From the human T2T-CHM13v2.0 reference genome, Homo sapiens: 64,000 bases of DNA. Position numbers and translations under genes: made by a program. The stretch lies in NCBI RefSeq assembly GCF_009914755.1, contig NC_060930.1; one strand, written 5' to 3'. Below the pieces are notes generated by a model. That model was not told the DNA's origin. It searched no databases and saw only the letters and a list, made by a program, of their open reading frames with translations. Positions 60,394 to 64,000 of this stretch are shown here, in pieces (position 1 is the first letter of the stretch; every line of letters starts with the position of its first letter).

Positions 60394-63373
60394 TATATCC
60401 ATCTTTGCATACGTGTGAGTGTACGCACATACACATGTACACACACACACATGCATGCACACATGCACACGCACATGCACGCACATATTGTGTCTCTATA
60501 AGCATTAATGTTTTGTGGAAAAATGTATACGTAGTCATTAATAGCATTTATTCCTGGTGTGGTGAAATGGGGAGAAAATACTTTTATATTTCATATCTTT
60601 CTATAGTACTTTTTAATTCTGTGTATATTACTTTTATGATACTCAAAAGAATTAAAATATGAAATAAGAAAAGATGAGGACTGGCAGGTGTTGGAGGGAA
60701 ACAAGAGGGCTGGGGAAGGTGGGAAGGTATACCCTGTTCTTGCTGATGGAGGAAGCAGAGTCCCAGGCTCTGATTATGTGCACTTGTGAGGCTAATATTT
60801 GGCCACTACCAAGGCAGCTCCCTCTTTCACCAGAATATGCCTCCAGTCGCTCTTCGGGGAGAGCTGCAAAGATGACCCCACAGGCAGGCCTGCAGCCACG
60901 ACCCTAACTCCTCACCACATAGGGAGATCTCTCAAACTGGTTCTCAATTACTCTTGATTGTGTATACACACATGAGTGTATGTGTGTGTGTGTGTGTGTA
61001 TTCAAACACCGCCACCTACCTCACATCCAAGAAGGCACTGGGATTTCCCACTGGGGCTCTGAGGCACATTGCTTGACTGAGTGCCCTGGTGTAACAAGGA
61101 GAAAGTATGATTATGAGGTGCAAAGGGTATCTCTGACTGTGAGCTGAATGCTTGTCCCATAGTAGTGGCTGCTGGTCATTGGGTCCTACAGATGGAAAAT
61201 GGCAGTATGGAGGTCCCAGCGAATCACCAGAGAGCTAAAAGCGAGATGCACAGGCGGGAGCTTCGGGTTGTGTTTTCCTGACTCTCGGTGGCTTTCTCTG
61301 CTCCTGCCTGTCAGCTGAGTATTCTGCATTTGGGAAAGGAGTGATTCACTGGGAGGTTGCTGTGTCTAGGAATTCTGACTTGATTGTTTGGTGTTAACAC
61401 CTGCCCTTGCTGCAAAAGGAAAAAAACAAAACTTAATTTGGCCCCTTGCTGTCATTGGCAACTATTCTTGTTATTAATTAGAACAATAATAATTTAAAAT
61501 GTGGCTGGCACGTTTTAATCTATTACACATACACATTGTCATCACTGTCATTGTCATCTTATTTAATCCTCACATCATCTACGGAAACGGAGTAGATGGA
61601 GAAACTAAGGGAGGTTCACTAAGTTCCCCAAAGCCACCTTCTCAAAGGGTGGCCCACAAATGGCTTATCTCACATCTGCAACCACGTAAGTGCAGACATT
61701 GAGAACAAGTTTTAGATACTCTTACAGCAATATGACAGAATAATTTCATGTCTGTTGAATCTTGTCATTAAAAAGGGCTTCATTATTTTTACATTTGTAT
61801 TATATTTTACAAAAGCATCAGTTTGTGATGGATCGAAAATGGAAAGAACTAAACAGTAAGAACTGTTTCTTCCCTGTAGATGTTTGGAAAACACTACCCT
61901 AGGTAGTAAGTTGAGAGGCTAAGCCTCCAGCCTGGGTCTTCCCTCTCCAAGTCCAGAGATCTTTGTACTAACACACAGCTGCTTCCTAAGGACATGTAGC
62001 AGCCAACGTCATTGCTGCCCCCCCCCCCAACCCCATGTCTACATGCACCCACTAAGTTTTCATATCTCTCATGAGCGTCAATCATCAGAAAAGATACTTG
62101 GATAGCATGTTAATAGTATATTGCTAAATATGCTTCCACTTAAAAAAAACACCATATTAAAAGGTTCAATTAAAGATGCTAACTGACAAGTTTTATAATA
62201 TCTGTGGGTATTTGCGGGATATTTCAGTTTAATTTAGACCAATGGGTAGATCTAGTGGGATAAGGGAATTTTGGTGGGGGCAGGGTATGCAGCATGATCT
62301 CGGCAGCAGAGCCAAGGCAGTCTCTGCGCTTTGTCCCAACTCAGAGTCATTTCCTCCTTCTTTCTCCCTCACTTCCCACTCGAGGTCAAAGCATAGGGTT
62401 GTCCTAACAGACCAACCAGGCTGCAGAGATTAATGCATGCATCAGTTTGACAAGATTGCCACCCCAGAGAAAGAGAGGCCCTCTTCCCAAACAAAGACCA
62501 TCCCAGAGGCCCTCTTCCCAAACAAAGATTGGAGAGATTTTTCTGTGTGTCTCCAGTCATCTCCAGGAAGAATCTCAAAATAGGCCAAGGTCACAGGCCA
62601 CACTTTTCAGTGTAGGGAGGGAATCACCAGCTGTCTTGGGTGATTTCCCCCTGATTTTTACTGCCTAAAAATTCTCCCTGTTGCCTGTCAACATGATTTC
62701 ATTCTTGTTCTAACCAAGTTTTATACAGAAAGAAAGAATCATTTCTCTATCCTCCTGGCAATTTCCAGTGACCCCAAAAAACTCTGCAAGAAGGGAGAGG
62801 CATTACCAAACACTCAGGCATCCTGCCTTTAAAGTTCCTTGGACCGACCCCCTGTTTGGGCCATTGCTGCCCCCTGAAATCTCAAAGAATGTCACACCAT
62901 AGGCCATCGGTCCAGATGGACAGTCTGATCCTGATGAAAAAGTTATAGGTAATATACAAAGTTGAATGGTGAATTAAACAGCATCAATGCCTGACACTGG
63001 ACCATACATTTGCACAAGTCATCTTATCAATGAAAGGGGCCTTGAAGACCATCCAGGCCACCAAGCCCCTGCTCACAGCAGTGTTCCTGACCATTTATCC
63101 TCTGGTCTCTGCTCCAACAGGACGTTCCCCAGGTCCCAACATAGCCTGCTTCATTGTCAAGAAGGTCTGACTGTTAGAAAGTTCCCTCTCTATTAAAAGT
63201 TTTACTTACTGAAATTTGTATCTGCCCCTTCCCGATCTTATTTCTAATCTTCCTTTCCTGTAAAAGGCTTTTAAATCTTTGAAGATAGCTACCATTCCCT
63301 TCATTTAAGGACTTCTCTAGATCTTATACCATCTTGTTCGTGTTCCCCTGAGATTATACCAAATCTGCTCTGA

Positions 63374-63703
<330 letters not shown>

Positions 63704-63914
63704 TGCAGAGAAGTTCTTAGACACTACCTTGCCTAAGCCTGCTTGATGGCACTAAACAATGGCGTGGTTATTTACAGCTTTGGCTCACAAGATTTGGGGG
63801 AAGGAGCTAGAATCCACTTGAAGCAAATTTAAAGGGTCATATTTATTCAAAATCACAGGGTTGCCCTAGGCAGTGGGGTCCGAGCTGGTGGCATCACACA
63901 CCCCTACTTCAGGA

Positions 63915-64000
63915 CAAAGTGTGTGGGTTCCAGAATTAACTGCCGGAGTTTGAGTCTTAGACACACCACGTATTAGCTGTGTGACCCAAAGCGTATGGCT
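63915..64000 (+). mobile_element. MIR (truncated by the window end)
   Basis: gagtttgagtcttag...accacgtattagctgtgtgacc MIR core. Confidence 0.55.

Noticed and set aside
63878-63897. CTCF-like motif ccgagctggtggcatc (and a similar one at about 15165-15180)
   Set aside because: Only partial matches to the consensus; not supportable without a PWM scan or ChIP data.

Overview
Primate (very probably human) genomic DNA from the middle of PHACTR1 (phosphatase and actin regulator 1), transcribed on the + strand. Four coding exons are supported by GT-AG boundaries, branch points and consistent reading phase: an 81-bp exon with the N-terminal RPEL G-actin-binding motif (13529-13609), a 168-bp exon (35855-36022), a 207-bp proline-rich cassette-like exon (38135-38341) and a 322-bp exon (59205-59526). 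The rest is intron, with about 25 Alus, L1/L2/MIR relics, solo LTRs, DNA-transposon MITEs (MER30 x2, MER1A, MER3, MER5, MER6A, MER8, MADE1) and microsatellites. Nearly all ORFs in the supplied track are repeat-derived or chance. I see no prokaryotic-type system (CRISPR, operon, defence island) and no clearly new gene. The best second-look items are: (i) three phase-1/phase-1 exons bracketed by inverted Alus, whose back-spliced circles would be stop-free; (ii) a cassette exon that adds a Crk-type PxLPxK motif and resembles the start of the next exon; (iii) a tail-less chimeric Alu sharing private mutations with its neighbour; (iv) an identical 15-mer at the branch points of two exons 46 kb apart; (v) a candidate 3-nt microexon or recursive splice site; (vi) a paired TCF/LEF enhancer candidate. 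Repeat family names were assigned by eye from remembered consensus sequences, and repeat boundaries are approximate.
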